This document shows, one piece after another, positions 1 through 9,795 of a stretch of 64,000 nucleotides of DNA. Every line of letters starts with the position of its first letter. The first letter of the stretch is position 1. The notes under the pieces are model-generated. The model did not search any database and was not told where the DNA came from. It saw only the letters and a program-made list of their open reading frames with translations. The stretch comes from an uncultured bacterium (GTDB taxonomy: Bacteria > Omnitrophota > Omnitrophia > Omnitrophales > Abzuiibacteriaceae), in assembly GCA_964387845.1 (NCBI GenBank), contig CAYLXA010000005.1, positions 140,955 through 204,954 of the forward strand. The letters are read 5' to 3'. Both the position numbers and the translations under genes were made by a program.

Positions 1-504
1 GCTTGCACGACCCGCGGCGTGTTGGGCCTCGGTGTTCCGCAGGTGACCGCGATTTGTGATTCCGCAGCCGCGCGCGAATTTTATTACAAAAAGTCAGGAC
101 GCTACGTTCCGATCATCGCAGACGGCGGTATGTCCACGGGCGGCGATATTTGCAAAGCATTCGCTTGCGGATCTGATGCCGTGATGGTGGGTTCCGCTTT
201 TGCCCGCGCCAAGGAAGCGCCGGGGAAGGGATTCCATTGGGGCATGGCCACACCGCACGCCAATTTGCCGCGCGGCACACGCATTCGCGTCGGCACGACG
301 GGAACTTTGCAGGAAATTATGTTCGGCCCCGCGAAATTGGATGACGGCACGCAAAATTTAGTCGGCGCACTTAAAACCTGCATGGGCAACATCGGCGCCC
401 GCACGGTCAAGGAAATGCAAATGGCCGAAATCGTGATTGCGCCTGCGATTAAAACGGAAGGAAAGCTCTTTCAAGCGGCTCAAAAAGTTGGAATGATGAA
501 ATAA
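1..504 (+). CDS. IMP dehydrogenase family protein, C-terminal part (5' end lies outside window)
   Basis: Frame is open from base 1; translation ...ACTTRGVLGLGVPQVTAI... carries the IMPDH catalytic Cys loop (CTTR), then IADGG and GSDAVMVGS motifs; C-terminal 90 aa diverge from canonical GuaB; directly upstream of guaA. Confidence 0.75.
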   Translation, partial: ACTTRGVLGLGVPQVTAICDSAAAREFYYKKSGRYVPIIADGGMSTGGDICKAFACGSDAVMVGSAFARAKEAPGKGFHWGMATPHANLPRGTRIRVGTTGTLQEIMFGPAKLDDGTQNLVGALKTCMGNIGARTVKEMQMAEIVIAPAIKTEGKLFQAAQKVGMMK

Positions 505-513
505 CTTAATATT

Positions 514-590
514 CGGGCTTCATGCTGCATGCTACAAGTTACAAGCTGCAGGTTTGAAGCTTGGAGCCTGAAGCCTGTAGCTTTGAAACT
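514..590. repeat. hairpin element, AAGCYT/GAAGC heptamer-armed class
   Basis: gggcttcatgctgcatgctacaag...ttgaagcttggagcctgaagcctgtagc: arms built of about 7-nt tandem units, inverted; between guaB-like and guaA. Confidence 0.7.
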
Positions 591-2147
591 ATGAACCAAG
601 ACGTCTGTTTAATTCTCGATTTTGGCTCGCAATACACCCAATTGATTGCACGCCGCGTCCGCGAGAAAAAAGTTTTTTCGGCCATTCATCCTTACCACAT
701 TCCGTTCAGTAAAATCCTGGAAATCAATCCCAAAGCCATTATCCTCTCCGGTTCGCCGTCCAATGTCTACGCCAAACACGCACCGATTTCGGATAAACGG
801 ATTTTCTCACTCGGTGTTCCGATCCTGGGGATTTGTTACGGCCTGCAGCTCACCGCGCACGTCCTTAAAGGGCGCGTCAAGAAAGTTAAGCACCGCGAAT
901 ATGGTTACGCCGATCTCGTGATCAACAAGCCGGGTGAATTGTTTGCGGGGCTTCCCAAAAAGTTTCACTGCTGGATGAGCCACGGCGATCAAGTCACCAA
1001 ACTTCCGCAAGGATTTGAACGGCTCGCGCACACACGAACTTCAAGTGTCGCGAGTTTTGGAAACACAAAAGCCAAAATTTACGGCGTTCAGTTTCACCCG
1101 GAAGTCGTTCACACGCCGCTCGGCCACAAAATCATCGCGAACTTCCTATTCAAAGTCGCAAAATTCCGCGGCAATTGGTCGCCCAAGTCATTTATTAATG
1201 AAACCATCAAAGATATCCGCCGCAAAGTCGGAAAGGACAAAGTCGTTCTCGGGCTTTCGGGCGGCGTGGATTCATCCGTGGCCGGTGTGTTGATTCACAA
1301 AGCGATCAAGCATCAGCTGACCTGTATTTTCGTGGACAACGGTTTGCTCAGAAGAGGCGAGCGACGGCAAGTCGAAGAAGAATTCCGGAAACATTTTCAT
1401 ATGAACCTGCGTGTGATCGATGCGACGAATGAATTTCTGAATGCGCTGCGCGGCGTGACGGACCCCGAGAAAAAACGCAAAATCATCGGCGGACTCTTCA
1501 TCAAGGTTTTCGAAAGGGAAGCCAAAAAACTCGGTAAAGTGAAGTTTCTGGCGCAAGGCACGCTTTATCCCGATGTGGTGGAATCGGTTTCGGCTCATGG
1601 CGGCCCGACGGCCGTGATCAAATCACATCACAACGTGGGTGGTCTTCCGAAGCGGATGAAATTTCAATTGCTCGAGCCCTTGCGTGATTTATTCAAAGAC
1701 GAAGTCCGCGCGGTCGGCAGAACGCTTGGCATTAAATCGCAGTTTGTGGATCGCCACCCGTTTCCGGGCCCGGGTCTTGCGGTCAGGATTCTAGGCGAAA
1801 TCACGCGCGAGCGGCTTTATTTGGTGCGCGAAGCCAATTGGATCATGCTCGAAGAATTGATGAAGAATAAAGACAAAAACGGCAGATATTACGACCAGGT
1901 TTGGCAGGCCTTTGCAGTTTTGCTGCCGGTTAAAAGTGTCGGCGTTATGGGCGATGAGAGAACGTATCAATACGTGACTTCTTTACGCGCGGTGGTCTCG
2001 GAAGACGGCATGACGGCCGACTGGGCGCGGCTTCCGGATTGGCTCCTCGCCAAGATTTCAAGCCGCATCATAAATGAGGTGAACGGCATCAACCGCGTGT
2101 GCTACGATATCAGCTCGAAGCCGCCCGCTACCATCGAATGGGAATAA
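591..2147 (+). CDS. guaA: GMP synthase (glutamine-hydrolysing)
   Basis: MNQDVCLILDFGSQYTQLIARRVRE class-I glutamine amidotransferase N-term, SGGVDSSV ATP-PPase P-loop, C-terminal dimerisation domain ending ...PATIEWE; ORF track starts at 561 but MNQD at 591 is the conserved start. Confidence 0.92.
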   Translation: MNQDVCLILDFGSQYTQLIARRVREKKVFSAIHPYHIPFSKILEINPKAIILSGSPSNVYAKHAPISDKRIFSLGVPILGICYGLQLTAHVLKGRVKKVKHREYGYADLVINKPGELFAGLPKKFHCWMSHGDQVTKLPQGFERLAHTRTSSVASFGNTKAKIYGVQFHPEVVHTPLGHKIIANFLFKVAKFRGNWSPKSFINETIKDIRRKVGKDKVVLGLSGGVDSSVAGVLIHKAIKHQLTCIFVDNGLLRRGERRQVEEEFRKHFHMNLRVIDATNEFLNALRGVTDPEKKRKIIGGLFIKVFEREAKKLGKVKFLAQGTLYPDVVESVSAHGGPTAVIKSHHNVGGLPKRMKFQLLEPLRDLFKDEVRAVGRTLGIKSQFVDRHPFPGPGLAVRILGEITRERLYLVREANWIMLEELMKNKDKNGRYYDQVWQAFAVLLPVKSVGVMGDERTYQYVTSLRAVVSEDGMTADWARLPDWLLAKISSRIINEVNGINRVCYDISSKPPATIEWE

Positions 2148-2148
2148 A

Positions 2149-2279
2149 GTTTAGCGGTTAGCGAATAGCGTTTAGCGCATAGAAAAACAAACGAGACCAT
2201 TTTTGTGAGAACTCATTTTTATTCTTTTCATTTTGTTTTTTCAGTTATACGCTATCCGCTAGACGCTATACGCTAATAG
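2149..2279. repeat. hairpin element, TAGCG-unit class, with 62-nt AT-rich centre
   Basis: gtttagcggttagcgaatagcgtttagcgcatag ... ttatacgctatccgctagacgctatacgctaatag; begins 2 nt after the guaA stop and ends 2 nt before the dnaE start. Confidence 0.7.
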
Positions 2280-2281
2280 TT

Positions 2282-5200
2282 ATGGATCATCATTCTGATT
2301 TTGTCCATCTGCATTGCCACACGCAGTATTCGCTTTTAGACGCTGCTTCCAAAGTCGAAGAGCTCGTGAAGCGCGCGGCCGACCTCAAATTTCCCGCGCT
2401 TGCGATGACCGATCACGGCAATTTGTTTGGCGCGATCGAATTTTACGAAAAAGCCATGAAGGCGGGCGTCAAACCCATCATCGGCATGGAAGCCTACATC
2501 GCGCCGCGCTCACGCTTCGATAAATCCGCGCACGGCGTCAAAGAAGCATCGTTTCACATCACTCTGCTCGTTAAAAACGAAGTCGGCTACCGCAATCTTC
2601 TCAAATTATCTTCCGCGGCGTACCTCGAAGGTTTTTACTATCGCCCCCGGATCGATAAAGAAATTCTCAAGAAACACTCAGAAGGCCTGATCGCGCTTTC
2701 CGGATGCCTCAAAGGCGAAGTGCCGTACTATTTATGGAATGACCAGCCGCAGGAATCCAAACGCGCCATCAAGGAATTTATCGATATTTTCGGCCGTGAC
2801 GATTTTTACTTGGAATGCATGAATCAGGGCATTGAGCAGCAGCGCCGCGTGGTGAATGAATACCTGAAACTCTCCAAAGAATTCAAGCTCAAGATGGTGG
2901 CGACGAATGATTGCCATTACATTTATCAGAAAGATGCGCAATCGCACGACGCCTTGATTTGTATCGGTACGGGGTCGCTTATTTCCGATGAGGACCGTAT
3001 GCGTTATCACGGCGATAACTTTTATTTGAAATCCGCGGATGAAATGAAGGAGCTCTTCAAAGAGTTGCCGGAAGCTGTTTTGGAAACGCGCGCCATTGCG
3101 GATAAATGTAACTTGGAACTCGATTTCTCAAAAACGCACTTGCCGGCTTTTAAACCACCGGCAGGGCAATCGCAAAAGGAATATTTGCGTTCACTTTGCT
3201 TTAAATTGCTCGCTAACCGGTTTTCCGGCGAAATTCCGAAGCAATACGACGAGCGGCTCCGTTTTGAGCTGGCGCTTATCGAAAAAATGGGGTTCGTCAG
3301 TTACTTTCTCGTCGTGTGGGATTTTATCCGCTTCGCGAAGGAAAAAAAGATTCCGGTCGGGCCGGGACGCGGTTCGGCGGCCGGCAGTTTGGTGGCTTAC
3401 GCACTCGGCATCACGAATTTGGATCCCATCGAACACGGCCTCATTTTTGAACGTTTCCTCAATCCAGAACGTATTTCGATGCCGGATATCGATATCGACT
3501 TTTGTTATGAACGCCGCGACGAAGTGATTGCCTACGTGCGCGAAAAATACGGCGAAGAGAGCGTTGCGCAAATCATCACGTTCGGAACGATGGCGGCACG
3601 CGCCGCACTGCGCGATGTGGGACGTGTGATGGGCCTCAGTTATCAAGATGTCGATAAAATCGCGAAAATGGTGCCGATACAGCTTGATATGACACTCGAA
3701 ACCGCGCTTGAAGTCGAGCCGCGCATGAAGCAGCTTGCCAAATCCGACCCGCAAGTCGGTCAACTTATCGAAACCTCGAAAGCCTTGGAAGGCCTTGCAC
3801 GCCATGCTTCTACGCACGCGGCCGGTGTTGTGATCTCGGAAGGGCCTCTGTCGGATCATTGCCCGCTTTTTAAAGCGGATGATGTGATCACAACGCAATA
3901 CGACATGAAAGCCGTCGAGAAAATCGGCCTTCTCAAAATGGACTTTTTGGGATTGCGCACGCTGACCGTGATTGACGAAGCAGTGCGGCTGATTGAAAAA
4001 ACACGCGGCGTGAAAATCGAAATCGATTCACTCAAGCTCGAAGATAAAGCGACTTATGAATTGCTCGGCCACGGCGAATCCATCGGCGTGTTCCAGCTTG
4101 AAAGTTCGGGCATGCGCGACCTGCTGAAAAAAATGAAACCGAAAGTATTTGGCGACATTGTGGCTTTGCTTGCGCTTTATCGTCCGGGGCCTTTGGGCAG
4201 CGGCATGGTCGATGATTTTATTCAGCGCATGCACAACCCCAAGCTCATCAAGTATGACCACCCGGCCTTGGAGCCCATTTTGCGTGAAACGTACGGCATT
4301 ATTTTGTATCAAGAGCAGGTCATGCAGATTGTGAGCACGCTCGCGGGATTCTCGATGGCAAAAGCCGATTCCTTAAGGCGCGCGATGGGTAAGAAAATCC
4401 CGGAAATCATGGAAAAGGAAAAAGAATCATTCCTGAAAGGCGCCGGCGACAACGGTATTCAGCCGCGCATTGCGGAAAAAATTTGGAACCTGATCGAATA
4501 TTTCTCAGGGTACGGCTTCAATAAATCACATTCGACCGCCTACGCCTACATTTCCTATCAGACAGCTTATTTGAAAGCAAACTATACTGTCGAATTCATG
4601 ACCGCGCTGCTCACGTCGGAAAAAGACAACACGGACAAAATCGTCCGCTACATTGACGAATCCAAGCGGCTCGGCCTTCAGGTGACGCCGCCTTCTATTA
4701 ATGAAAGCTTCTCTGTCTTTACCTGTGTCGGAAATGTGATTTGCTTCGGGCTTTCGGCGGTGAAAAATGTGGGCACGACGGCGGTGGAGTCTATCATCGA
4801 AACCCGCAGCGAGAAGGGGAAGTTCAAGTCGCTTGTCGATTTTGTGGAACGCGTGGATCTGCGCGTCTGCAACCGGAAAGTGCTTGAAAGCTTGATTAAA
4901 TGCGGCGCTTTTGACGGTTTCAAATTAAAACGCTCACAAATGATGGCGATGGTGGACCGTCTTTTGGAAATCGGTGCTAAAACGCAGAAGGACCGGTCAA
5001 AAGGTCAACTCTCACTTCTTGATCAGTTGGATTCAAGCGACGGTTTCAAAGAACATATGCATGACGCGCCCGACATTGAAGAATGGCCGGAAAATGAATT
5101 GCTCGCGCACGAACGTGAAATGCTCGGGTTTTTCGTGAGCACACATCCTTTGGCACGTTTCGAGAATGTGTTGAAAACTTATGCGTCAACGACCACGGCG

Positions 5201-5725
5201 AACTTAAATGACTTGAGCGACCAAGCCGGTGTTTCAATGGGCGGCATTGTGAATTCTGCGAAAGAAATCATTACCAAGCGCGGCGATAAAATGGCGTTTG
5301 TGAATTTTGAAGACCTGAACGGAAGCTGTGAAATCGTCGTGTTTCCCGATCTTTATAAGACCGCATATCAACTGCTCGGCAAGGATTCTATTATTTTTGT
5401 GCGGGGCCGGGCAAACGCCAGGGAAGATACCGTCAAAATTATTGCGGAAGAAATTATTCCGCTGGAAGATGTTAAAAAGAAAATGACCAAAGTTGTGTCG
5501 ATCGATTTGATGACCGCGGGCCTTGATCCGGCGCTTTTGTCGCAGCTGAAATCGGTTTTTGCCGAGCACAAAGGCATGACGCCCGTTCATCTCAATTTTC
5601 GCGACTCAACCGGAAAGGCCACCACGCTGGATTCCGGTGACAATTGCCGTGTTGAGGTGACCGACGAATTTTTCGAGAAAATCGAGAAGATTGTCGGTTC
5701 CAACATGATTAAAATCCGCTGCTAA
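2282..5725 (+). CDS. dnaE: DNA polymerase III alpha subunit
   Basis: 1147 aa; FVHLHCHTQYSLLDAA PHP domain start, polymerase core, C-terminal OB-fold region. Confidence 0.95.
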   Translation: MDHHSDFVHLHCHTQYSLLDAASKVEELVKRAADLKFPALAMTDHGNLFGAIEFYEKAMKAGVKPIIGMEAYIAPRSRFDKSAHGVKEASFHITLLVKNEVGYRNLLKLSSAAYLEGFYYRPRIDKEILKKHSEGLIALSGCLKGEVPYYLWNDQPQESKRAIKEFIDIFGRDDFYLECMNQGIEQQRRVVNEYLKLSKEFKLKMVATNDCHYIYQKDAQSHDALICIGTGSLISDEDRMRYHGDNFYLKSADEMKELFKELPEAVLETRAIADKCNLELDFSKTHLPAFKPPAGQSQKEYLRSLCFKLLANRFSGEIPKQYDERLRFELALIEKMGFVSYFLVVWDFIRFAKEKKIPVGPGRGSAAGSLVAYALGITNLDPIEHGLIFERFLNPERISMPDIDIDFCYERRDEVIAYVREKYGEESVAQIITFGTMAARAALRDVGRVMGLSYQDVDKIAKMVPIQLDMTLETALEVEPRMKQLAKSDPQVGQLIETSKALEGLARHASTHAAGVVISEGPLSDHCPLFKADDVITTQYDMKAVEKIGLLKMDFLGLRTLTVIDEAVRLIEKTRGVKIEIDSLKLEDKATYELLGHGESIGVFQLESSGMRDLLKKMKPKVFGDIVALLALYRPGPLGSGMVDDFIQRMHNPKLIKYDHPALEPILRETYGIILYQEQVMQIVSTLAGFSMAKADSLRRAMGKKIPEIMEKEKESFLKGAGDNGIQPRIAEKIWNLIEYFSGYGFNKSHSTAYAYISYQTAYLKANYTVEFMTALLTSEKDNTDKIVRYIDESKRLGLQVTPPSINESFSVFTCVGNVICFGLSAVKNVGTTAVESIIETRSEKGKFKSLVDFVERVDLRVCNRKVLESLIKCGAFDGFKLKRSQMMAMVDRLLEIGAKTQKDRSKGQLSLLDQLDSSDGFKEHMHDAPDIEEWPENELLAHEREMLGFFVSTHPLARFENVLKTYASTTTANLNDLSDQAGVSMGGIVNSAKEIITKRGDKMAFVNFEDLNGSCEIVVFPDLYKTAYQLLGKDSIIFVRGRANAREDTVKIIAEEIIPLEDVKKKMTKVVSIDLMTAGLDPALLSQLKSVFAEHKGMTPVHLNFRDSTGKATTLDSGDNCRVEVTDEFFEKIEKIVGSNMIKIRC

Positions 5726-5732
5726 AATCTCT

Positions 5733-5765
5733 CTGGTTTTACCTGTAAAAACCGGCTTTTCTCTC
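5733..5765. terminator. intrinsic terminator after dnaE
   Basis: ctggtttt-acctgta-aaaaccgg hairpin followed by a T-rich run (cttttctctc), 8 nt after the dnaE stop. Confidence 0.6.
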
Positions 5766-5806
5766 GTTAAGTGTAGCTCATTCAATGAGTTAGAATAAAA
5801 AGATGC

Positions 5807-5835
5807 TTGACAATAGAAGCCAAAGTTTGTATTTT
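5807..5835 (+). promoter_or_regulatory. sigma70-like promoter for hup (TTGACA-17-TATTTT)
   Basis: TTGACA at 5807-5812, 17-nt spacer, TATTTT at 5830-5835; GGAGG RBS at 5876-5880. Confidence 0.4.
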
Positions 5836-5890
5836 CTTATCCTGTAATCACTTACAGAGTTTTAGTCCCCTGACAGAGGAGGCAGCCCGA

Positions 5891-6163
5891 ATGACAAAAA
5901 AAGACATTGTCATGAAAATTTCAAACGAGACAAATCTGACGCAGATCGACGTCAAAAAAATCGTTCAACGTACGCTGGATGCCGTTGCGGAAAGCCTGGA
6001 GCGCGGCGAAACCGTCGAGCTTCGCAATTTCGGCGTTTTCAAAGTGAAAAGCCGCCGCGGCAGGCTGGGACGCAATCCCAGAACCGGCCAAGAAGTCCAA
6101 GTTCCGGAAAAGAAAGTAGTCGTTTTCAAGCCGGGACTTATTTTGAAACATAAAGTTAAGTAG
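5891..6163 (+). CDS. hup: HU/IHF family DNA-binding protein
   Basis: MTKKDIVMKISNETNLTQIDVKKIVQRTLDAV...RNPRTGQEVQVPEKKVVVFKPG beta-arm motif; GGAGG RBS 8 nt upstream; the track start at 5807 is an upstream in-frame extension. Confidence 0.85.
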   Translation: MTKKDIVMKISNETNLTQIDVKKIVQRTLDAVAESLERGETVELRNFGVFKVKSRRGRLGRNPRTGQEVQVPEKKVVVFKPGLILKHKVK

Positions 6164-6190
6164 TCGTTTTCGTTTGAAGGAGAAATAGAA

Positions 6191-6415
6191 ATGGCAGAGA
6201 AGGGCAAAGTGAAGTGGTTTTCGAATGTAAAGGGTTATGGCTTTCTTGAAAAAGACGGCGGTGACAAAGATATCTTCGTTCATTATTCCGCGATCCAAAA
6301 GCAAGGCTACAAGCGTTTAAAAGGCGGCGATGCAGTTTCGTTCGATGTTGTGGATGGCGCCAAGGGCCCTCAGGCATCTAACGTTGTAATCGAAAAGAAA
6401 GAAGAAAAGAAGTAA
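6191..6415 (+). CDS. cspA: cold-shock domain protein
   Basis: [32 protein letters not shown]: RNP1/RNP2 motifs of the CspA family. Confidence 0.9.
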   Translation: MAEKGKVKWFSNVKGYGFLEKDGGDKDIFVHYSAIQKQGYKRLKGGDAVSFDVVDGAKGPQASNVVIEKKEEKK

Positions 6416-6463
6416 CCGTTTTTTTGATTCAAATCCCGTATTTCTTCCGAAACGGATTATTCC

Positions 6464-7234
6464 GTGCCAGCTGAGCGATCCAAAAAACGCTTTTTTTCAT
6501 CCGAAATTTTAAGCTCCCGCCCGAAAACTATCCTTCTAGATCCGGATGAGTCGCATCATCTGCGGCACGTCCTCAGGCTCGAAACGCGCGACCATTGCCT
6601 GGTCTTCGACCGGGAAGGAAATGAATGGTCCGGCAAAGTTTCGGGTTTTTCAAAAAGCGGCCAAGCCGAAATCGAATTGCTCAATCCAATGAAACGCGCA
6701 TCGGCGAGCCCGATTGAGCTTGTGATCGCGCAGGCAATCCCGCAGCGTTCAAAAATGGATGAGATTGTTGAAAAGGCGGCCGAGCTTGGGGTTCATCAGG
6801 TGGTTCCGCTTGTAACGGAACGGACGATTGTCCGCATTAAAAAGGAAGACGAAGCGAAAGTAATGGCGCGATGGTCTAAAATTGTGCAGATTGCGCAAAA
6901 ACAATGCCATTCGCACGTGCCGACCGAAGTCGTGAAACCCGTTTCTTTCGAAAAATTTTTAGATTCAATCGAAGACCGCTCGCTTGCGTTTATTTTTGAC
7001 CCCATCGCCGAAAATGGCCTCCGCGAAACGCTTGAAAATTTACGGCAAAAAATAAAAAACAAAACTTCCGTCACAATCACGGCTTTAATCGGGCCTGAAG
7101 GCGGATTTTCGGAGAAAGAATTTAAATCAGCTGTCTCGAAAGGCATTCAGCCTGTGTTATTGGGAGAAACCTTGCTTAAAACCGATACGGCGTTTGTAAC
7201 GATTGCAAGCGCTTTTCAGTATGGTGTTTTATGA
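6464..7234 (+). CDS. rsmE: 16S rRNA (uracil1498-N3)-methyltransferase
   Basis: RsmE-like PUA N-term and SPOUT C-term (LIGPEGGFSEKE, LGETLLKTDTAFVTIASAFQY); GTG start. Confidence 0.8.
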   Translation: MPAERSKKRFFSSEILSSRPKTILLDPDESHHLRHVLRLETRDHCLVFDREGNEWSGKVSGFSKSGQAEIELLNPMKRASASPIELVIAQAIPQRSKMDEIVEKAAELGVHQVVPLVTERTIVRIKKEDEAKVMARWSKIVQIAQKQCHSHVPTEVVKPVSFEKFLDSIEDRSLAFIFDPIAENGLRETLENLRQKIKNKTSVTITALIGPEGGFSEKEFKSAVSKGIQPVLLGETLLKTDTAFVTIASAFQYGVL

Positions 7235-8565
7235 GTGAAAATTTAAAAAAAGAAACCGTCAAATACGTGACGCTCGGCTGCCGGCTCAATCAATATGAAA
7301 CGCAGGCGATGCGCGAAAGCCTCGAGTCGCGCGGATTTTGCGAAGCAGCCGGCGATCAAAGGGCGGATGTTTATGTTTTAAATACCTGCACGGTGACGAA
7401 TGACAGTGACCGCACGAGCCGCTACTTGATCCGCAAATTTCACCGGGAAAATCCGAACGCCAAAATCATCGTGACGGGCTGTTACGTGGAGCGCAACCGG
7501 AATGAAGTGGCGAGTCTGCCCGGCGTGACGCATGTGCTTCTCAACCGTCAGAAATCCGACATCGCCGATCTGCTTGATAGCTGCACGGGCCTTGCGCTTC
7601 GGGCTTCGGAATTGCCGCTCCGGTCAAAATCAGAATTTACACCGCTTTCTATTTCGGAATTTGCCGGCAAAACGCGCGCCCACATCAAAGTTCAGGACGG
7701 CTGCAATCACGCCTGCTCATTTTGCAAAGTCGTGCTTGTGCGCGGAAAATCCCGGAGCAGGCCGCTTCAAGACATTATCGAAGAAGCGAAGCGTCTTTCT
7801 GAAAACGGATATTCGGAAGTTGTGCTGACCGGCATTCAGCTCGGCGCTTACGGCCTTGACCTTGCTTCAAAAATTTCTTTGGTTGAAGTGATTCGCGAAT
7901 TGGAATCAATTGAGAAAATCAAACGGATTCGTTTGAGTTCGATTGAACCGATTGACGTTACGGACGAGTTGATTCAGGCGATGAAAGAGTCAAAGAAAGC
8001 GTGCCCGCATCTCCATATTCCGCTTCAAAGCGGTTCCGATGAAGTTCTAAAGGCAATGAACCGTCGGTATGGGCGCGAATTTTATATCGACCTCATTCAA
8101 AAATTAAAATCCAAAATCCCGGACTTTGTTTTAACGGCGGATGTGATGGTGGGTTTTCCGGCAGAGACCGACTTTGAATTCGAAGAAACCGTGCAGCTGC
8201 TTGAGCAAGTGAAGCCTTTTAAGTTGCACGTGTTTCCGTATAGTGCCCGCGAAGGGACGCGCGCGTTTGCATTGGGCGTTTTGGATCCGAAGGTGATCCG
8301 GAGGCGTCAAACTGTTTTGAATCAGCTGGATGCCAAATTGCGCGCGGAAGTGTTAAAATCCTACGTTAGCCGCACCCTTGAAATTTTGATTGAAAACGAA
8401 ACCGAAGGCGCAGATTATATAGAAGGCAGGGCGGTTAACTATTTGCCGGCCCGTTTCGATTTATCAGAAGGTTTAAAAGCCGGCGATATAGTCAGCGCTG
8501 TCATGCAATCGTCAAGCATTGATGCTCTATCCGGAAAATTAGAAAAGGAACTCATTCGTGACTGA
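7231..8565 (+). CDS. mtaB: tRNA (t6A37) methylthiotransferase, MiaB-like radical SAM
   Basis: N-terminal MTTase domain (VTLGCRLNQYETQAM), radical-SAM CNHACSFC motif, C-terminal TRAM domain. Confidence 0.8.
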   Translation: MSENLKKETVKYVTLGCRLNQYETQAMRESLESRGFCEAAGDQRADVYVLNTCTVTNDSDRTSRYLIRKFHRENPNAKIIVTGCYVERNRNEVASLPGVTHVLLNRQKSDIADLLDSCTGLALRASELPLRSKSEFTPLSISEFAGKTRAHIKVQDGCNHACSFCKVVLVRGKSRSRPLQDIIEEAKRLSENGYSEVVLTGIQLGAYGLDLASKISLVEVIRELESIEKIKRIRLSSIEPIDVTDELIQAMKESKKACPHLHIPLQSGSDEVLKAMNRRYGREFYIDLIQKLKSKIPDFVLTADVMVGFPAETDFEFEETVQLLEQVKPFKLHVFPYSAREGTRAFALGVLDPKVIRRRQTVLNQLDAKLRAEVLKSYVSRTLEILIENETEGADYIEGRAVNYLPARFDLSEGLKAGDIVSAVMQSSSIDALSGKLEKELIRD

Positions 8566-9139
8566 TCCGACCCATACACCGTGGTTTCATGCGCTTGCCC
8601 GGCTGCCGTCCCAATTCAGCTCGCTGACGTGGCTGGACTATACATTTTTGATTGTTATCCTGGTCGGGCTTTTGATCGGTAACCGGAAGGGCTTTGCGGC
8701 ATTCCTGGGGCATTTGATTGTGCTTGTGTTTTCAGTCACCATCACGCATCAATTTGCGGCACCCATCGCGCAGTCATTTCCGTTTGAGTCGCCGATCGCT
8801 AGAATGCTGATGAGCGCGCTGACGTTTGCTTCGATGGCGATTGTGAGCATGTTTTGCGTCGGAATCGTGTTTAAAGTGATCGGGAAGGTGCTCCAATTTA
8901 AATTCTCGGAATTTGTCGACCGTTTAACCGGCGCCATTTTGGGAAGCCTGTATTTTGTGCTGCTGCTTTCTTTTATTTCGAATTTTGCACTTATTTTTCC
9001 GGGCGAGTGGCTTCAGAAAACTTACCGAGAGCAGGCATTGGTCGGCAAGTTTTTAATTACGCTTTCGCCGAAAATTCATAATGGCATTATTCAGTTCGTT
9101 CCGCCGGAATGGCGCGGGCTTAAAGCCGAGTTAAAATGA
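8558..9139 (+). CDS. CvpA-family membrane protein (putative)
   Basis: 193 aa with 4 predicted TM helices, no catalytic motif; size and topology fit the colicin V production protein family. Confidence 0.45.
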   Translation: MTDPTHTPWFHALARLPSQFSSLTWLDYTFLIVILVGLLIGNRKGFAAFLGHLIVLVFSVTITHQFAAPIAQSFPFESPIARMLMSALTFASMAIVSMFCVGIVFKVIGKVLQFKFSEFVDRLTGAILGSLYFVLLLSFISNFALIFPGEWLQKTYREQALVGKFLITLSPKIHNGIIQFVPPEWRGLKAELK

Positions 9140-9795
9140 AGTTGGTTGAAGCAGCTCAAAATTCCGGAGCCGGTTTAATATCGCGGAAGCTGGCGCGCGA
9201 ATTTTACGCCCGCCCGGCTCGTGTTGTTGCGATTGAATTAATCGGAAAAGTTTTGGTGTATCGCAGCTCTCAAGATGAATTTCGCGGCCGCATTGTAGAA
9301 ACTGAGGCTTATCAAGGCGCCGATGATCCCGCAAGCCACGCTTACCGCGGCCCGACGCCGCGCAATCAGGTGATGTTTGGAAAACCGGGCGTCAGTTATG
9401 TGTATTTCACTTACGGGAATCACCATTGCATGAATGTTGTCACGGATTCTGACGGTGTTGCGGGCGCTGTTTTGATCCGGGCGCTCGAACCTCTGACCGG
9501 CACCCAATCCATGAAGGAAAACCGCGGTGTTTCAAGTCTCGAACAGCTTGCAAGCGGCCCGGGGAAACTGACCCAAGCATTTGGCATTACGCGCGCGCAG
9601 AACGGCATCGATTTGACGGAAGATGTCTTATATATAGAAGGCGAAACCCATGATTTTTGCAGGATCGGCGCCTCGGCCAGGATCGGCATTTCGGCTGCCG
9701 CGGACCGACTGCTCCGGTTTTACGAAGAAAATAATCCGCATGTGTCTACCTATCGAAAGAAAGCGTTAAATGGCTTACGATCAGCGAATCATTGA
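9136..9795 (+). CDS. mpg: DNA-3-methyladenine (methylpurine) glycosylase
   Basis: ARVVAIELIGKVL...GRIVETEAYQGADDPASHAYRG...YVYFTYGNHHCMNVV: AAG/Mpg family signature. Confidence 0.8.
   Translation: MKLVEAAQNSGAGLISRKLAREFYARPARVVAIELIGKVLVYRSSQDEFRGRIVETEAYQGADDPASHAYRGPTPRNQVMFGKPGVSYVYFTYGNHHCMNVVTDSDGVAGAVLIRALEPLTGTQSMKENRGVSSLEQLASGPGKLTQAFGITRAQNGIDLTEDVLYIEGETHDFCRIGASARIGISAAADRLLRFYEENNPHVSTYRKKALNGLRSANH

Noticed and set aside
646-1598. Overlapping short ORFs within guaA in other frames (646..921, 1015..1293 plus; 1272..1598 minus)
   Set aside because: Lie inside the conserved guaA frame; low-complexity Arg/Ser-rich translations
3191-3898. 235-aa minus-strand ORF inside dnaE (and similar: 41478..42248 minus in carB, 33601..34149 minus in lptFG, 23730..24377 minus in hemY, 60721..61287 minus in the lipoprotein gene)
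   Set aside because: Entirely antisense to well-supported conserved genes; Arg/His-rich composition typical of GC-skewed antisense frames; no RBS
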